64,000 bases of DNA, taken from contig ML992502.1 in NCBI GenBank assembly GCA_010093995.1, forward strand, positions 62,001 to 126,000, in the 5' to 3' direction. Made by a program: the position numbers and the translations under genes. Positions 10,301 through 21,767 of this stretch are shown here, piece by piece; position 1 is the stretch's first letter; the number at the start of each line of letters is the position of its first letter. The stretch is from Elsinoe ampelina (Eukaryota). The notes beneath the pieces are model-generated. The model did no database searches. It was not told the DNA's origin and worked only from the letters and a program-made list of their open reading frames with translations.

Positions 10301-11557
10301 AAGCAAATCTTCACCACTCTGTCTTCGACCCGGCCGTTCGAGCTACTCCGTGCTCAACGCGACAAAGCCAACTACCTCCTTCAACACTCTGCTCGTATCG
10401 TGGCCATGACTTCGACCCACGCAGCTATGCACCGGTCTGAAATAGCATCACTCAACTTTCACTATGATACCATTATCATGGAAGAATCCGCTCAAATCAC
10501 TGAGATCGAGACTTTCATTCCGCTCGCCCTTCAGAAACCCATCAACAACTCCTCTCCTCTCCAACGAATCGTCCTAGTTGGCGACCACCTCCAGAACGCC
10601 CCTGTTGTCCAAAACGAAGCCTTCCGCTCGCACTCCCACCTCGACCAATCCCTCTTCCGCCGGCTCATTCGCCTCGGCGTCCCTCACATCCTCCTGGACG
10701 CCCAAGGCCGTGCCCGCCCTTCCATTGCCGCTCTCTACGCCTGGCGCTACCCCCGCCTTACCAATCTGCCATTCACCTCGACCCTCCCCGAATTTACTCA
10801 AGCCAACGCCGGCTTCCGCCATTCCTTCCAATTCATCGACGTCGGACCCTACAAAGGCAAAGGCGAAACCACACCCTCACCACACTTTGTCCAAAACCTT
10901 GGCGAAGCAGAGTACACCGTCGCACTGTACCAGTACATGCGTCTCCTCGGCTACCCCGCCAGCAAAATCACTATTCTCACGACCTACGCCGGCCAACGCG
11001 CTCTGATCCGCGATGTGTTGGCGCATCGTTGCAAGGGGAATCGTCTCTTCGGCTTGCCTCGAGCTGTGAGCACCGTGGATCGCTACCAGGGCGAGCAGAA
11101 CGAGTACGTGATATTGTCACTCGTGCGCACCGAACGTATCGGGTACTTGAGGGACGTGAGACGGTTGACGGTCGCGCTGTCGAGAGCGAGATTGGGGCTG
11201 TACGTGCTTGGGAGGCGGGAGTTGTTCGAGTCTGTCCTGGAGGTGAAAGGGGTCTTTGAGCGACTTTTCAGGGAGGACGGGAGGCTGGGGCTGGTGACGG
11301 GGGAGATGTACCCTGCCTCTCGCGGGGAGGCGGAGGAAGTTGAGGAGGGAAGCGAGGCCAGGATGGAGGGGGTGGAGCATTTAGGGCAGTATGTGTTTGA
11401 GATGACGAGGGCGAAGGTGGAGGATCTGAAGAGGGGTGGAGGAAGGTTAGAGCAGGTGGAGCAGTTTAGGGTTGGGAGTGATGGGGAGGAGGAAGGGGAG
11501 GGGGAAGTGGAGGGGGACGAGGAGATGGGTGATGAGGGTGGGGGAGGGGAGGAGTAG
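7310..11557 (+). CDS. AQR: Intron-binding spliceosomal RNA helicase Aquarius (Cwf11/IBP160), SF1 Upf1-like
   Basis: 1415 aa; Aquarius N-domain (PKLNLQYLT..DFLWRSFILYRCES), RRRGRENNFKPIL, Walker A VGPPGTGKTD, MEESAQITEIE, LVGDHLQN, TVDRYQGEQN, VALSRARLGLY. Confidence 0.96.
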   Translation: MASVAGEGAVSNRPTIQDLTGDNQFAQLARKYWLGKSKVKKVQSNVIVEVYQAIEKEGLSTASTSLLLLEQLQFLDRYLWPGYPEQEASDYHVILVALLVNVKRHEGVSPWATFSSEPAHFSHFFRRVLELSIDKSISLPIRTHLLSFIIGAFQSLDTGIIRKEAAALVSIGIWHNLHSEEVRTQLLGRTVQLGKAWRAAGKKYDAADEETQARLRFERSWLYELVLDFLDRLYDTNVQSTKETVLYCERVVELLADLLSQLPTRRYVNTLLGDINLLSAITLSPSYSDEDNNLLREMVVLLQHFLTFPIEDHTGREITETELVEQHNTTLSRLQKVALRDFKDKLTILALSNFKSLDSRTDLEGHLKGLSDEELKKLCEALHLRTEYPASSLVVSDRQLFTEVLVNMHERRPSYKEIVHGMTTMPTDTTIYEKTFDRTEEYDGSRPLPVPKLNLQYLTVSDFLWRSFILYRCESFYEVRKHVEDTIRRIQPRQAGAGLRFDGFSTMAIPITKPAVIDVAPANVGDEHPSKVEVEVALDVSKFTPGVKREWESLRPDDVVYLVSVQPPPPQNRALTNGGSRDQAPPKVIKHLRCAEVINVLDDDGKPLRERQSDMNGAGRGRKRRLLLKLDPLAYQNDISKPEVLDGINLIVRRRGRENNFKPILESIRHLVLSETPAPAWLQEVFLGYSDPAAATYKRLPSRLKAIDFRDTFLDWSHLVESLPGKTVEPDESSNGSFPPPYVLETSTAEVAETRPTKKRRKEKEEPARTEMVENVKVSTYKPPNAGPYPSDAPKTNVIRFTPAQVEAITSGTHPGLTVIVGPPGTGKTDTVTQIVSNIYHNFPEQRTLLVAHSNQALNQLFQKITALGIDERHLLRLGHGEEELETDADFSKGGRIESLMERSAQYLGEVQRLAASIGAPGAHGSSCETAEYFDQVYVKPAWSRFWELAKSSTDVSAITSAFPFHGYFSNAPQPIFPAGATPKQVLDIASGCHTHLKQIFTTLSSTRPFELLRAQRDKANYLLQHSARIVAMTSTHAAMHRSEIASLNFHYDTIIMEESAQITEIETFIPLALQKPINNSSPLQRIVLVGDHLQNAPVVQNEAFRSHSHLDQSLFRRLIRLGVPHILLDAQGRARPSIAALYAWRYPRLTNLPFTSTLPEFTQANAGFRHSFQFIDVGPYKGKGETTPSPHFVQNLGEAEYTVALYQYMRLLGYPASKITILTTYAGQRALIRDVLAHRCKGNRLFGLPRAVSTVDRYQGEQNEYVILSLVRTERIGYLRDVRRLTVALSRARLGLYVLGRRELFESVLEVKGVFERLFREDGRLGLVTGEMYPASRGEAEEVEEGSEARMEGVEHLGQYVFEMTRAKVEDLKRGGGRLEQVEQFRVGSDGEEEGEGEVEGDEEMGDEGGGGEE

Positions 11558-12143
11558 ATACCCGGAGTGTTGTACTACCAGAACAGCATTAGCTAGGCGT
11601 GACAGACTGGAATAGCTTTCAAGAACATGAGTGTTGCACGGGGAAGAATTGACACTATCGTCGAAGCGTTGCATTGTGATCTTGCACTGTGTACTATTCG
11701 TTGTTGGGGGAAGACAGGGCCCTGCACTTCCAGGCTGGCTTTCACATGTCCCAAAGTGAGCAAAGTTATCCACCAATAGCAAAAATTTGCTACATTATTA
11801 TTTCGACAACAACATGCACGCTCCGTTTACAGACTTGAGCAAATTCATCTGGGAGCTTTTCTGCTAGTCCGAGCCTGCTGACTCCGCACAAGCGCTCATG
11901 CCTGGTAGGATCAACACCCTCGCGACACGTGAAAGCGGTGCGTACCTGATTGGATGAGCCTCACTCTCCAAGCATGGAACATAAGGGCCTGTGAAGTCTT
12001 TGCTCCTTATTCGATAAGTTACTTCTTCTTAGCGATAAGTAACTGCCGTGAAGTCTAGTAAGGAGAATTAGCAGTACTAATGTAGCTAGTTGCTAGCTAG
12101 CAGCGGTTAAGGCTATCTAGCGTATATTAGTGCTAATATAGGC

Positions 12144-12197
12144 CCTTCTTATTACTAAACAAGTACCTCCGGAGGTACTTATTTAGTAATAAGGAGG
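12144..12197. repeat. 54-bp spacerless palindrome in the Harbinger left subterminal region
   Basis: ccttcttattactaaacaagtacctcc|ggaggtacttatttagtaataaggagg; the two mismatches are both C/T transitions. Confidence 0.85.
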
Positions 12198-12269
12198 ATT
12201 CTGCCGCTAAGAATTAAGTAACTCTACCTCCTCGAGCGTCCTTAGTTATCCTTCTATACTACCTTAATT

Positions 12270-13200
12270 ATAGCCTCTAACTCTTTATAGGCTCCTACGG
12301 CGTCTATAACTCTACTAAAGAAAGAGCTAGTTATTTAATAGACAAATAAGATAGTACTTACTACGCTAGTAGTATTCTAGAGGATAAAGGAGAGTAGTAA
12401 ATAAGCGTAGAGTAGATAGAAGGCTAAAGCCTTTAGAGACACTACTAAAGTAGTTACTACTTTAGTAAATACTCTAATTGTCTTACCTAAATAGGTAGAC
12501 AATAAGCTATCGAATTTAAAGCTAGAGTAGTTTACTTAGAAGGCGTTAAAGAGCTAGAGTAGCTAGTTAACGGACTAAAGAGGCATTCCTATTGCTAGTT
12601 ATAAGACTATAGAGGAGTACTATAAGGCTTATAAGCGTACTTAGAAGTACTATAATAAGGTATTCAAATTCGAGGCTAAGTATAACATAATAATAAACTC
12701 TAGGCCAATACTACTACTACTAGTAACTTTGTAATTAGCCTTAATCTACTAGTTAGAGATAGCGCTTATACTACTAAGGAGGTAGATAAGGATAAGGAGG
12801 AGTTAATCTCGTAGGCTATATTGTAGCTAGCGCTATAGGTACTAAGTATAAGGCTAAGTAACTCCTCTAAAGAAGTAAGTTAGAAGAGAAAGAAGAAGTT
12901 AGAGGTTAACGCTATCTATAAGAATCTTACTAAGTAACTATATATAATTAGATTTATAATAATAACGAGGAATAAGCTAACTACTAAACTAACTACTATT
13001 ACTGTTGCTACTAATAAGCTAGTAGCCGAGTTCTCCTTCTTACTACTAGCTCTTATTACTCGAGTTATACTCTAGCTTAACTCGAGCGTAGATTCTTTTA
13101 ACGCTATAACGGAGAATATAAGAGTAGAGATAGTAGCCTTATAGATTAGTATACCGTCGTTATAGCTTTATAAAGCGTAGTAACGGCAGCGTAAAGGAGG
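12270..13200 (+). pseudogene. Harbinger Myb/SANT-like DNA-binding ORF, RIP-destroyed (end approximate)
   Basis: Hand de-RIP of the + frame from ATA(ATG) 12270 gives ..RWTDEMVL..GKQAQSGWK..QVDNKLSNLKLEW..LKSQSGW, typical of the Harbinger accessory protein. Confidence 0.7.
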
Positions 13201-13479
13201 TAAAGGAAGTAGAGGAGGTAAAGAAGAAAGAGATTTATAGTAAGAGTTAGCTTATAGATAAGTAAAATTTATTACTTCTCTATATACTAATAGAGGAGGC
13301 TTTTACTATAAGATATACTAATAAAAACTCTTCTATTATAGTAAAGATAAATAGTTATATATAAATTACCTCTTTTAGACTATTATTTAGTAGTACTTCT
13401 CCTTATATCTAGTACTTCTTAATAATCTCTCTATATTCTTTTAGCTAGTAACTCTCTTTTCTTTACTATAGTAGCGTCT

Positions 13480-14590
13480 TCTAAAGTAACTATTAGTAGC
13501 TAGCCTTTAGTTAATTCATCTCTAGCACTTAAATCGTCTATAGCCTCTACTATAATAAGGTTAAGCCTCTAGTAATTAAGTAAGAAGTTATAAAGAGTAG
13601 TAAGCATATATACTAATTTCACCTACGTACGTATATCTAGATAGTAATTAGCATACTTTAAGACCTTAAATTAAGCCTTAAAGATGCCGAACGTTCGTTC
13701 TACTATATTTTATACCTACGAGTAATAGAGATTAAAGAGCTTATAAGGCGTCTAAGGCTTCTCCTAGGCTAGCTATTTACGAAGGTAGTATTATATACCT
13801 TAGTAAGGCACGAGAATGTCGCTTCTATTACTATAACTAGTATCTACTAGATAATAACAACCTTTAGGTGTTTTAAAGCCTTAGGTTCGAGCTAAATTTA
13901 GTACCTTAGAGTCGTATATAGACCTCTCCTATCTAGCTAAGATAAAGGTAAAGCGTATGTCGAAATTTACTACTACTAGTATATTCTAAGATAGCGTACC
14001 TTTATAATTCCTCTAAGCTAATAGCTCTCTAGTTATATAGACTAGAATATATAATCTATTAAGCGCTCTAATATAGCCTTTAAGATAAGGCTAGAATTTG
14101 TAATTTTAATAAAACTAAATAGGCATGTCCTCCGCTTTAGTTACTAGCTTTACCTCTCTTAAATAGAGGCTATATAAGCTATTAATAACTAAATAAAATA
14201 TACCTCTAATCTACTATAGCGAGCACTTTACTAGTACTACTATTTAATAATATAATAAGCTAGCTATAACGATATAGAGGAAGATAAGAAGATAGTAACG
14301 AGCCTTAAATATTATACCTCTAGTTAATAGCGCTCTTTTACCTCCCTCGAGGTACTAAAGGAGAGTGTTAAACATTAACTAGTAGCACCTTAAGAACTAG
14401 TAGAGGTACTTTAGATAGTCTAGTATAGTATTAAGGAAATTAACGCTTCTATATTAATTTATCTAGTACATTAAAGAGGTAGTACTAGGGGGGAGCTACT
14501 ACTTTTAGTAGTAATTGTATAGCTAGAGGAGGATAACTATAGCAAGGTAAATAGTAGCATTAGCTAGCATATTAATCTCTATACTATTAT
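13480..14590 (-). pseudogene. Harbinger DDE transposase (HARBI1/DDE_Tnp_4-like), RIP-destroyed (ends approximate)
   Basis: Hand de-RIP of the - frame gives GCIGALDGSHIP..WRNRKGTLSQNVL..FTFILAGWEGSAHDSKVL..YYLADAGY..YHL..LFNLRHS..VERTFGIFKARF. Confidence 0.9.
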
Positions 14591-15063
14591 CTATAGAGGA
14601 GCCTTACTAATTAATAAACAGATTAATAGATTATAAGCCCTATATCTAACTACTACTACCTTTAATAAAGGCCTCTCCTAAATAAAGCATTACTAGCTAA
14701 GTAGCTTTACTGCCTCTATAGCTCTAACACTAGCTTAAATAAGCTTAAACTAGCGCCAATCGTCGAACTTAACGTTAAGCCACCTTATCGAGCGTTTAGG
14801 AGAAGTAACTTATCGAATAAGGAGCAAAGACTTCACAGGCCCTAAGATATCGCCTGGAAGCTATTGGAGCAAGCCACGTCTCACTGGCTAGTGGGTATAG
14901 TGTCCCGACCGGCCCGGCACTGGCGCTGTGAATGTTCACCGTTCGCGTTGATAGCTAGCTTTGCAGCGCGGCATGGCCCATTACTGTACTTGTACTACCA
15001 GTATGGCACCTCAGGTCTATCGTCCACACTGTATATCCATAATACCAGCTGCTAGAAAAGGAG

Positions 15064-16007
15064 CTAACCCTCGGTCTTGACGTCCGGCCCCTTGAGTTCT
15101 TCCACCCTGTTCCTCTCGTCCTTGAAAGCCTGTGCAATGAACTTTGTGTGGCTCCCCCTCGCAACTAGTACTTTCTGGGCGTTGTAGAATTGTACTTGGG
15201 TATAGGCGAGGGTCTTGCCGAAACGGTCCAGAGTGACTTCCTGCTTGTAATGAGCATGAAGCACTGAGGAGAAGCAGATAAGATTGAGGAAGGGTTGTCG
15301 ATCAGCGAATGAAGCAGAAAGACGGAGAGAGGATGTAGGAAGGAGAAACAACATCTCAATGTCAAAGTGGGGCGGACTCACACCACGAATTGTGTCGCCG
15401 ACATTGCCGCCGCTTGCGAGATAGGTCACTATTGATGTCAGACATACTGTACAGTACATGGAGCCAGTCCCAAACACGACATGACATACCGTTTAGATCA
15501 GTCGAGACGCCAGTGAGGAAAAGCCCTCTCGATGCTACAGCGAGAGAGCCGCTGAGGTCCACCATACTAGCAATGGCTCCGCCATGAAGGATATCGAGTC
15601 TGTTCTAACCGGTATTAGGCCGGGGATTGTCTAACAAGTTGACGAAGAATCCAGGCTATAGATAGGACGGAACGAGTCTGGAGAGTCTCCTAGGCGACTC
15701 ACTGTGTGGTGCTTTTCTATTGGCAACTCGAATGATACTCGACCAGGTGTGGCGGCTGTGACTTTGAGCTTGAGCTATCAGTGCCATGCCATCTAGCGAA
15801 AGGTGATATGTACTCCGGAAAGCAGTCTATGAACTCTATCAATATGCATGCAGTCTTTGCTATGACCGTGGAACTGCTCACCTGGGCTCAAGTCCTGATG
15901 TGGCCATGAAATCACCCAGTACCTCGAGGATTCAGTCATGCTTCGGAGATTGGAGCGGGCATTCGTCTACCTACCTTTTGCACAAAGGGTAAACATTTTG
16001 TGCTCAT
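15064..16007 (-). CDS. Hotdog-fold acyl-CoA thioesterase (PaaI/ACOT13-like), 7 exons
   Basis: Spliced reading over six GT-AG introns incl. a 13-nt micro-exon: MSTKCLPFVQK..FELPIEKHHTNRLDILHGGAIASMVDLSGSLAV..GVSTDLNVTYL..GKTLAYT..VARGSHTKF; N..HGG..D catalytic motif. Confidence 0.88.
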
Positions 16008-16396
16008 CTTGGCGACCTCAATCTTCAGAATTACCAGGAGGAAATTGACAAGGGAAACGAGGTGTAAAACATAGTATGTAGATTATCGGATGATGGAGCA
16101 GCTTCGCCGCAACACTTACGGCATGGGAGGCTATCTCAGCAAGTACCTACGAGGATATTCTGCGCGAAATTCTTGCGATGGGTAATTACTGTGAGGAAGT
16201 AGACCTACTTGGACCGATCTTTGGTAGCAAGTATAACATTATAGAGTTCTCTCGGAGTACTATCATCAATTGCATGATCTTGTCCTGCCTTCTGCGACTT
16301 CACATGCTCAAAAGTTTCAGCCGAGGCTAACCGAAACGACCGCTCAAGCTCCAAAACTTCCTGTCTCTGATCATTCTCTCTCCCACGCACGTATCA

Positions 16397-17419
16397 ATGG
16401 CATCAATACTACCCCAAACGGCTGCAAGAAGCCTCCCTAGGCTCCACGCCAGCGTCTCCCGGCGGTGCCTCAGCATCTCCACTCCCCGCCATGCACCAGC
16501 CGAGATCAAGAAGCTCGGTGTCATTGGCGCAGGGCAGATGGTATACCCTCCACTCTGATCCCTCCTCGACCCCCTCTAACCTCCTCAGGGCCTCGGCATC
16601 GCCCTCGTCGCCGCCCAAAAAGCCGGCGTGACCGTCCAACTCGTCGACACGCAACAAGCCTCTCTCGACAAGGGGCTCAAATTCGCCGACAAGCTCCTCG
16701 AAAAAGACATATCCAAGCAACGCATCAGCAAAGACGACGCGGCAGCCACACGCTCCCGCCTCCTCCCCTCCACCGACCTCTCCTCTCTCTCCACAGTCGA
16801 CATGGTCATCGAAGCCGTCCCCGAGATCCCCGATCTGAAATTCAAAATCTTCCGCTCCCTGGCCGACATCTGCCCCCCTCACGCCATCCTCGCGACCAAC
16901 ACCTCCAGCATCAGCATCACCAAGATCGCCGCCTCCACGACGTCCCACCCCACTGACCTCTCCGCCTCGTCGAGGGTGGTGAGCACGCACTTCATGAACC
17001 CCGTCCCCGTGCAGAAAGGGGTCGAGATCATCACGGGCCTGCAGACGTCTCCGGAGACGGTGGAGACGGCCATCGCCTTCTGCGAGCGCATGGGGAAAGT
17101 GGCGAGCGTGTCGGCTGATAGCCCGGGGTTTCTGGCGAATCGGATACTCATGCCGTACATCAACGAGGCGGTGATTTGTCTCGAGACAGGCGTGGGGAAA
17201 AAGGAGGACATTGATGCCATAATGAAGAACGGGACGAATGTGCCCATGGGCCCCTTGCAGTTGGCGGATTTTATTGGGCTGGATACGTGTTTGGCCATTA
17301 TGAAGGTTTTGCATGGGGAGACGGGGGATAGCAAGTATAGGCCTGCCGTGTTGTTGGGGAAGATGGTGGATGCTGGGTGGATGGGGAAGAAGAGTGGGAA
17401 GGGGTTTTATGAATACTAG
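16397..17419 (+). CDS. Mitochondrial 3-hydroxybutyryl/3-hydroxyacyl-CoA dehydrogenase
   Basis: Arg/Ser-rich presequence, GVIGAGQM|GLGIA Rossmann motif across intron 16541-16588, VIEAVPE, ATNTSSISIT, HFMNPVP, PGFLANRIL, PMGPLQLADFIGLD. Confidence 0.93.
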
Positions 17420-17547
17420 ACCGGGGATGAGCAGGTTGTAAAGATGTTTGTTGGATCGGTCGTGAGATCTAGAAATACAGGAGCCCGCATGTGGGTGGTG
17501 GATCTATACCCAAACGCCAAATGCAGATATGCCGATCAAGAGGTTTA

Positions 17548-19038
17548 TTACCGTCTTGCAGGTGTCCCGTTCCCGCCACCGTCCCCTTGTGCCTGGCCCT
17601 CAAGCCTCTCTTTCTTCCGCATTGCTTCGGCTTTGAAATACTGCTGTACCTGCTCGAACCGATTGACGAAGAACCAGCCCTTCTTGTCATCTTTCCATAC
17701 TAGCACTCCCAGTGTCTCAGCGTGTCGGACAGCCTTCTCGTACTCTCCACTACCAGGCTTGCCTACGTCTCTGATCAGGAAGCCAGGCGTAGCTTTCATC
17801 CTTTCACCTTCGAGCTGCCAGAGACGGATCTGATCTACTACGGTCGGAGGGAGGATAGGAGTCTGCTTCCGTAGGATCGGGTGCGCGTGGGTGGTGAGGT
17901 AAGAAATGATCTGATCTGCTGTGATGCCACGTTGAATAGCTCGCTGAATAGACGTCTTGGTGAGAGTCGCAGTAAGCATATTGGGGTAGCGAGTCTTCAG
18001 CGAAGCGAAGAGAGCAATGATCTGGATGAGAAGTGGCGACGATGTGTAGGCGTACATCCGGTAATTGGTCTCGAGAATAATGAAGCCCTTCTCGTTCTCC
18101 GGCATGGCGCCGCCAGGCAGGGTACTGGTGACTGTCGTGGCAGTAAGCGCATTATTTGGCAGGGCAGGCGCGTCAGATGTCAGGGTAGTAGCGAGACGTG
18201 TGGGATAGTATCTAGTACTTCCTGAGCCACGAGAGTAAACAATTCCCATGTCTGACAAGTCATCCAGCATTTGTGTCTGAGTCGCGGTGAGGTTCGACGT
18301 GTCATAAGGCGTGCCGAGCTCTAGTGATCCAAGAGTGAACAGAAACGAGATCGCCTCGACAGAGTCCATTCCATATCCCTCTGCAAGCTTGAGATACTCG
18401 ATGAGAAGAGTCCATATCTGAGCATTGATCTCCTCGAGCAAAAACTCGAAACCCTTCTTGGTGATCTGCGGCCGCTTCATTCGCATGGCGACAAACTCTC
18501 CCTCGATCAAGATCTTCTTCGTCCCTGCCGAGATTTCCACCTCTGAGCGAGCGTCGGTATCGACACTTCCGACCACGTAGTAGAGGATAGCCTCCCATTG
18601 CTTACGTGCGTAGGTGTCCAAAAACTCGATTGTGATCTCGCTCTTGTCCGGCTCCGAGCTAGGTATGCCGAAAGATCTGTGGTTCCCACCTCCTGTCAAG
18701 GCCATCCGCAAAGACTTGCCAAATGACTTTGAAAGATTATACGCCGGTCGGCCAAGCTTGTTGCGTGTCTCTTCGAAGATTTTGAGCCTAGTGAGGATGC
18801 TGAGCGACTGATCCTTCTCCCGCAAAGAATCCGTATCCGACTTGCACCAAGCATCCAGGTCCGAGATGGCGAACGGCTTGGGCATGTAGAGCATCGCCAT
18901 GACCACATTTTTGGCCAAATGAGGCAGCATACGCCGGAAGATGGCCAAGGCAGTCGATGGCTGATGATAGAGCTTGTTGAAGATGATGCCTGGCTGGCCT
19001 TCAAGCCAGTCAAGGACCCGTTGTGAAGCCACTGACAT
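17548..19038 (-). CDS. TFB2: TFIIH core subunit Tfb2 (p52/GTF2H4)
   Basis: LYHQPSTALAIFRRMLPHLAK, YARKQWEAILYYVV, YYPTRLATTL, GFIILETNYRMYAYTSSPL, LPPTVVDQIRLWQLEGERM; first ATG at 19038. Confidence 0.95.
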   Translation of the reverse strand: MSVASQRVLDWLEGQPGIIFNKLYHQPSTALAIFRRMLPHLAKNVVMAMLYMPKPFAISDLDAWCKSDTDSLREKDQSLSILTRLKIFEETRNKLGRPAYNLSKSFGKSLRMALTGGGNHRSFGIPSSEPDKSEITIEFLDTYARKQWEAILYYVVGSVDTDARSEVEISAGTKKILIEGEFVAMRMKRPQITKKGFEFLLEEINAQIWTLLIEYLKLAEGYGMDSVEAISFLFTLGSLELGTPYDTSNLTATQTQMLDDLSDMGIVYSRGSGSTRYYPTRLATTLTSDAPALPNNALTATTVTSTLPGGAMPENEKGFIILETNYRMYAYTSSPLLIQIIALFASLKTRYPNMLTATLTKTSIQRAIQRGITADQIISYLTTHAHPILRKQTPILPPTVVDQIRLWQLEGERMKATPGFLIRDVGKPGSGEYEKAVRHAETLGVLVWKDDKKGWFFVNRFEQVQQYFKAEAMRKKERLEGQAQGDGGGNGTPARR

Positions 19039-20238
19039 GGTCGGGTGCTGAAGTTGCACAGGCTCTGTGCCGGTGCGATCTCAGCTGTCGATATAAAACC
19101 GGTTCCATATTCGAAATACTACCAGGCAGTCATGGTGGAGGCAAGAAAGTGAGTTGTTACTGATCGCTGGAATTCGTCCCGCATGAAGTCACAATGCCAA
19201 GGCTGGAGATGATCCCGGCCAGAGCCTCATGTTCTCCGTCTCCAAAATTCCATAACTTTCCTCATTTGCGAGTGTCGTCCGATTCCAAAGATACCATCAT
19301 CTCTTACAACCCGCAATCAACTCCGACAATTTCGCCAATATGTAACCCTACTTGTCTTGAGTTCCTGGCATCTTTACCGCCAATGCTTTGCCCCTTCAGA
19401 GGATAGGCGAAGCCAAGTTTGATATACACTCAATTCCATCTTATCGACAAGAACGATTGGGCCGTATTTATATCCACTTGACCCTTCACAACCACGTGTC
19501 CGAATAATTGGAAAAGAAGACATGATTGGCTCACCTCTGGATGCCTGGAATCCGGATCTTCAATTAGACACCGGTGAAGCGAGGAACCAGTTCCGTGGAT
19601 AGGGCTGGCGGGGTTGGCGGTGGGAATGAAAGCCATCTCGTCATGATCTGGAACCACCCTGACGGGAGATCACTATGTAACAAGCAATCTGCGTATTACT
19701 TGTTGCTGTCGACAGGTTGATCAAGGGGCTTGGCGTGCTCATCCCAGTTACCTAGGGTTTGGAGCGGATCGAGTATATGCTGCCTTTTGATTGGCCGGCT
19801 AGACGACAGACCGATGAACGAGTTGTTGTAACTGGCAAATCGGATCGAGAGACGTGTGTTTCATTCAGAGAGTTACAATAACCGATTTATCTACTGTGCG
19901 TGCGCTGACTCATCAGTGCCAGTTCTTCAGTACCAGAGAAGCTGTACCAGCCTTCCATTACAACACGAGTATACACCTCAGGGTGGAAACATCCGTCCGC
20001 GGATACCAGCACGCAGTCGAGTATCCGCAGCATCACACAAGCTTCATGATGTAGAAGGCTTCAAGGCAGCAGTATGGCATAGATATATCTTCATGCCTCG
20101 AGGTAAGGCCTTTTCGTTCCCATCTTATTCCATCCCTCTCCAATCATCTCCCATCAAAACCTGCAATTCCCTCAACATCAAATCCATCGACTGTTGATCG
20201 CTTCATCTTGCCCACAAAACCCTCGGAGACCTTTCTAT

Positions 20239-20936
20239 ATGGACTCTCGCTCCAACACCCACCAGCCACTACCTACCTACTACCAGGCCCAGCCGGGTCA
20301 ACGATACCACCAGTCTACACAAGACTCTAACTCCCACGAGATGAATCCCTTCCGTACCCCTCCCACCTCCGCCGACCGCGAAAAGGCATCCCGCTCCGAC
20401 AGTCATCTCGAGGAACCCAAACGCGCCGACGACGGCTTCAACCCCTACCGCCGTCTAATTCTCATCCTTCATCTGTGTATCCTCCCATGCCTCATCCCCA
20501 TCTTCGTCGTCGGCGCTCTGATCATGTTCGGCAACAAAGGGCAACCCCGCAACATGGGTGTCACCTTCACCCTCAGCATGGCGGCCAAGTCCCTCATCTT
20601 CATCCAGTACGAAGTCCTCACTGCTCACGTGCAACGGCTCAAGAGATACGGCGGTGTCAAGGCGTACATGATCCTCAACTGTATCGACGCCGCCCTATGG
20701 CCCGGCGCTGTTGGATTCCTCGTCCAGCGCCTTGTCTCCCGGGGATGCACGGGGAAGAATTGTACATACACTTATGTGGTTATCGCGGCTGCGGCGGTGC
20801 TCGCGTGAGTAACTACCAGAGGGTTCATATGAGAATAACTACTGACAGTGGTTCCAGCGTATTGTCCGCGCCTTGTGCTTTCATCACCGTTCGCAACTTT
20901 CGCTACTTCAAGCGTACTGGTATCGTCCCAGAGTAG
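20239..20936 (+). CDS. Small multi-pass (~4 TM, MARVEL-like) membrane protein
   Basis: ATG 20239; hydrophilic N-tail with LPTY; four hydrophobic segments; intron 20805-20857 (gtgagt..ctgac..cag) joins the two overlapping ORFs. Confidence 0.7.
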
Positions 20937-21767
20937 ACAGCGGAATCTGATGGTCTTGTGGTTAGGAATTTCTTATGTTCTGGACCGTTACACGCGGTCT
21001 TGTCTATAGATGATGTTGTGGTGTCAGCGCTTGGAAGGAACAGTGGTAGGACGAATGTACAGGATCTGGACTGGGCATTTCAGCGACACGGTGGCTTTGC
21101 TGATTTGTATTGCGTTTGTGGGGTTTGTTAGAGATAGATAGGGAGGAAGGTTATCCACCACCTTACGAATTTACTTGCTTGGCTCGCACGATTGACTCTG
21201 ACATGGTCCGAGGGTGGGTTCAAAAATCATGGCATCGCAGAAGTGCCAAACTCTGGGAAGGATATCCTATTTACTAGGTACTGCTATACTTCTCTAAGGA
21301 TCTCACCTGCTCTAAGCGATTGCTGGTAGCTCTATCCGGGTTGAAACTACCACAGCTCGTATAGTGCCACAAATGACTTCATGGTGTTAGGGTTTTAGGA
21401 GCTGCAGTTGCCGTGTAGTGAGCTCGGGGGAAAGCTTGGAGATGCATCGGCATAAGCTATGAATGCAAGCATATCTAATATATGCAGCACAAATAAGAAA
21501 GCAGAGGAAGGAATCAATTTGCTTGTCTTTGCCTTTGGACTTGTTGACCCTTGCATCGATGGCCAGAAATACCCCGCGTGCCCGTCAAGCTCCGAACTCC
21601 GCTTGATATGCTTGGCACGACCCGACCTCTAGAAGACGTGAGCATCCACCTTTCCACACAAGCGCACGCACCGTCGCAAAACAAGTTGTCGTCTTGGAAC
21701 GAGACAGCTCAAGAACGTCTCATATACGATTGTCAGCTCGTCATGAGATGAGCACGTGCAAAGCTGC

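Larger units (their letters stand above)
11985..14842. mobile_element. RIP-inactivated autonomous-type PIF/Harbinger DNA transposon (2858 bp)
   Basis: Perfect 42-bp TIRs starting GGGCCTGTGAAG (11985-12026 / 14801-14842); 3-bp TSD TAA at 11982-11984 and 14843-14845; relic transposase and Myb/SANT ORFs inside. Confidence 0.95.
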
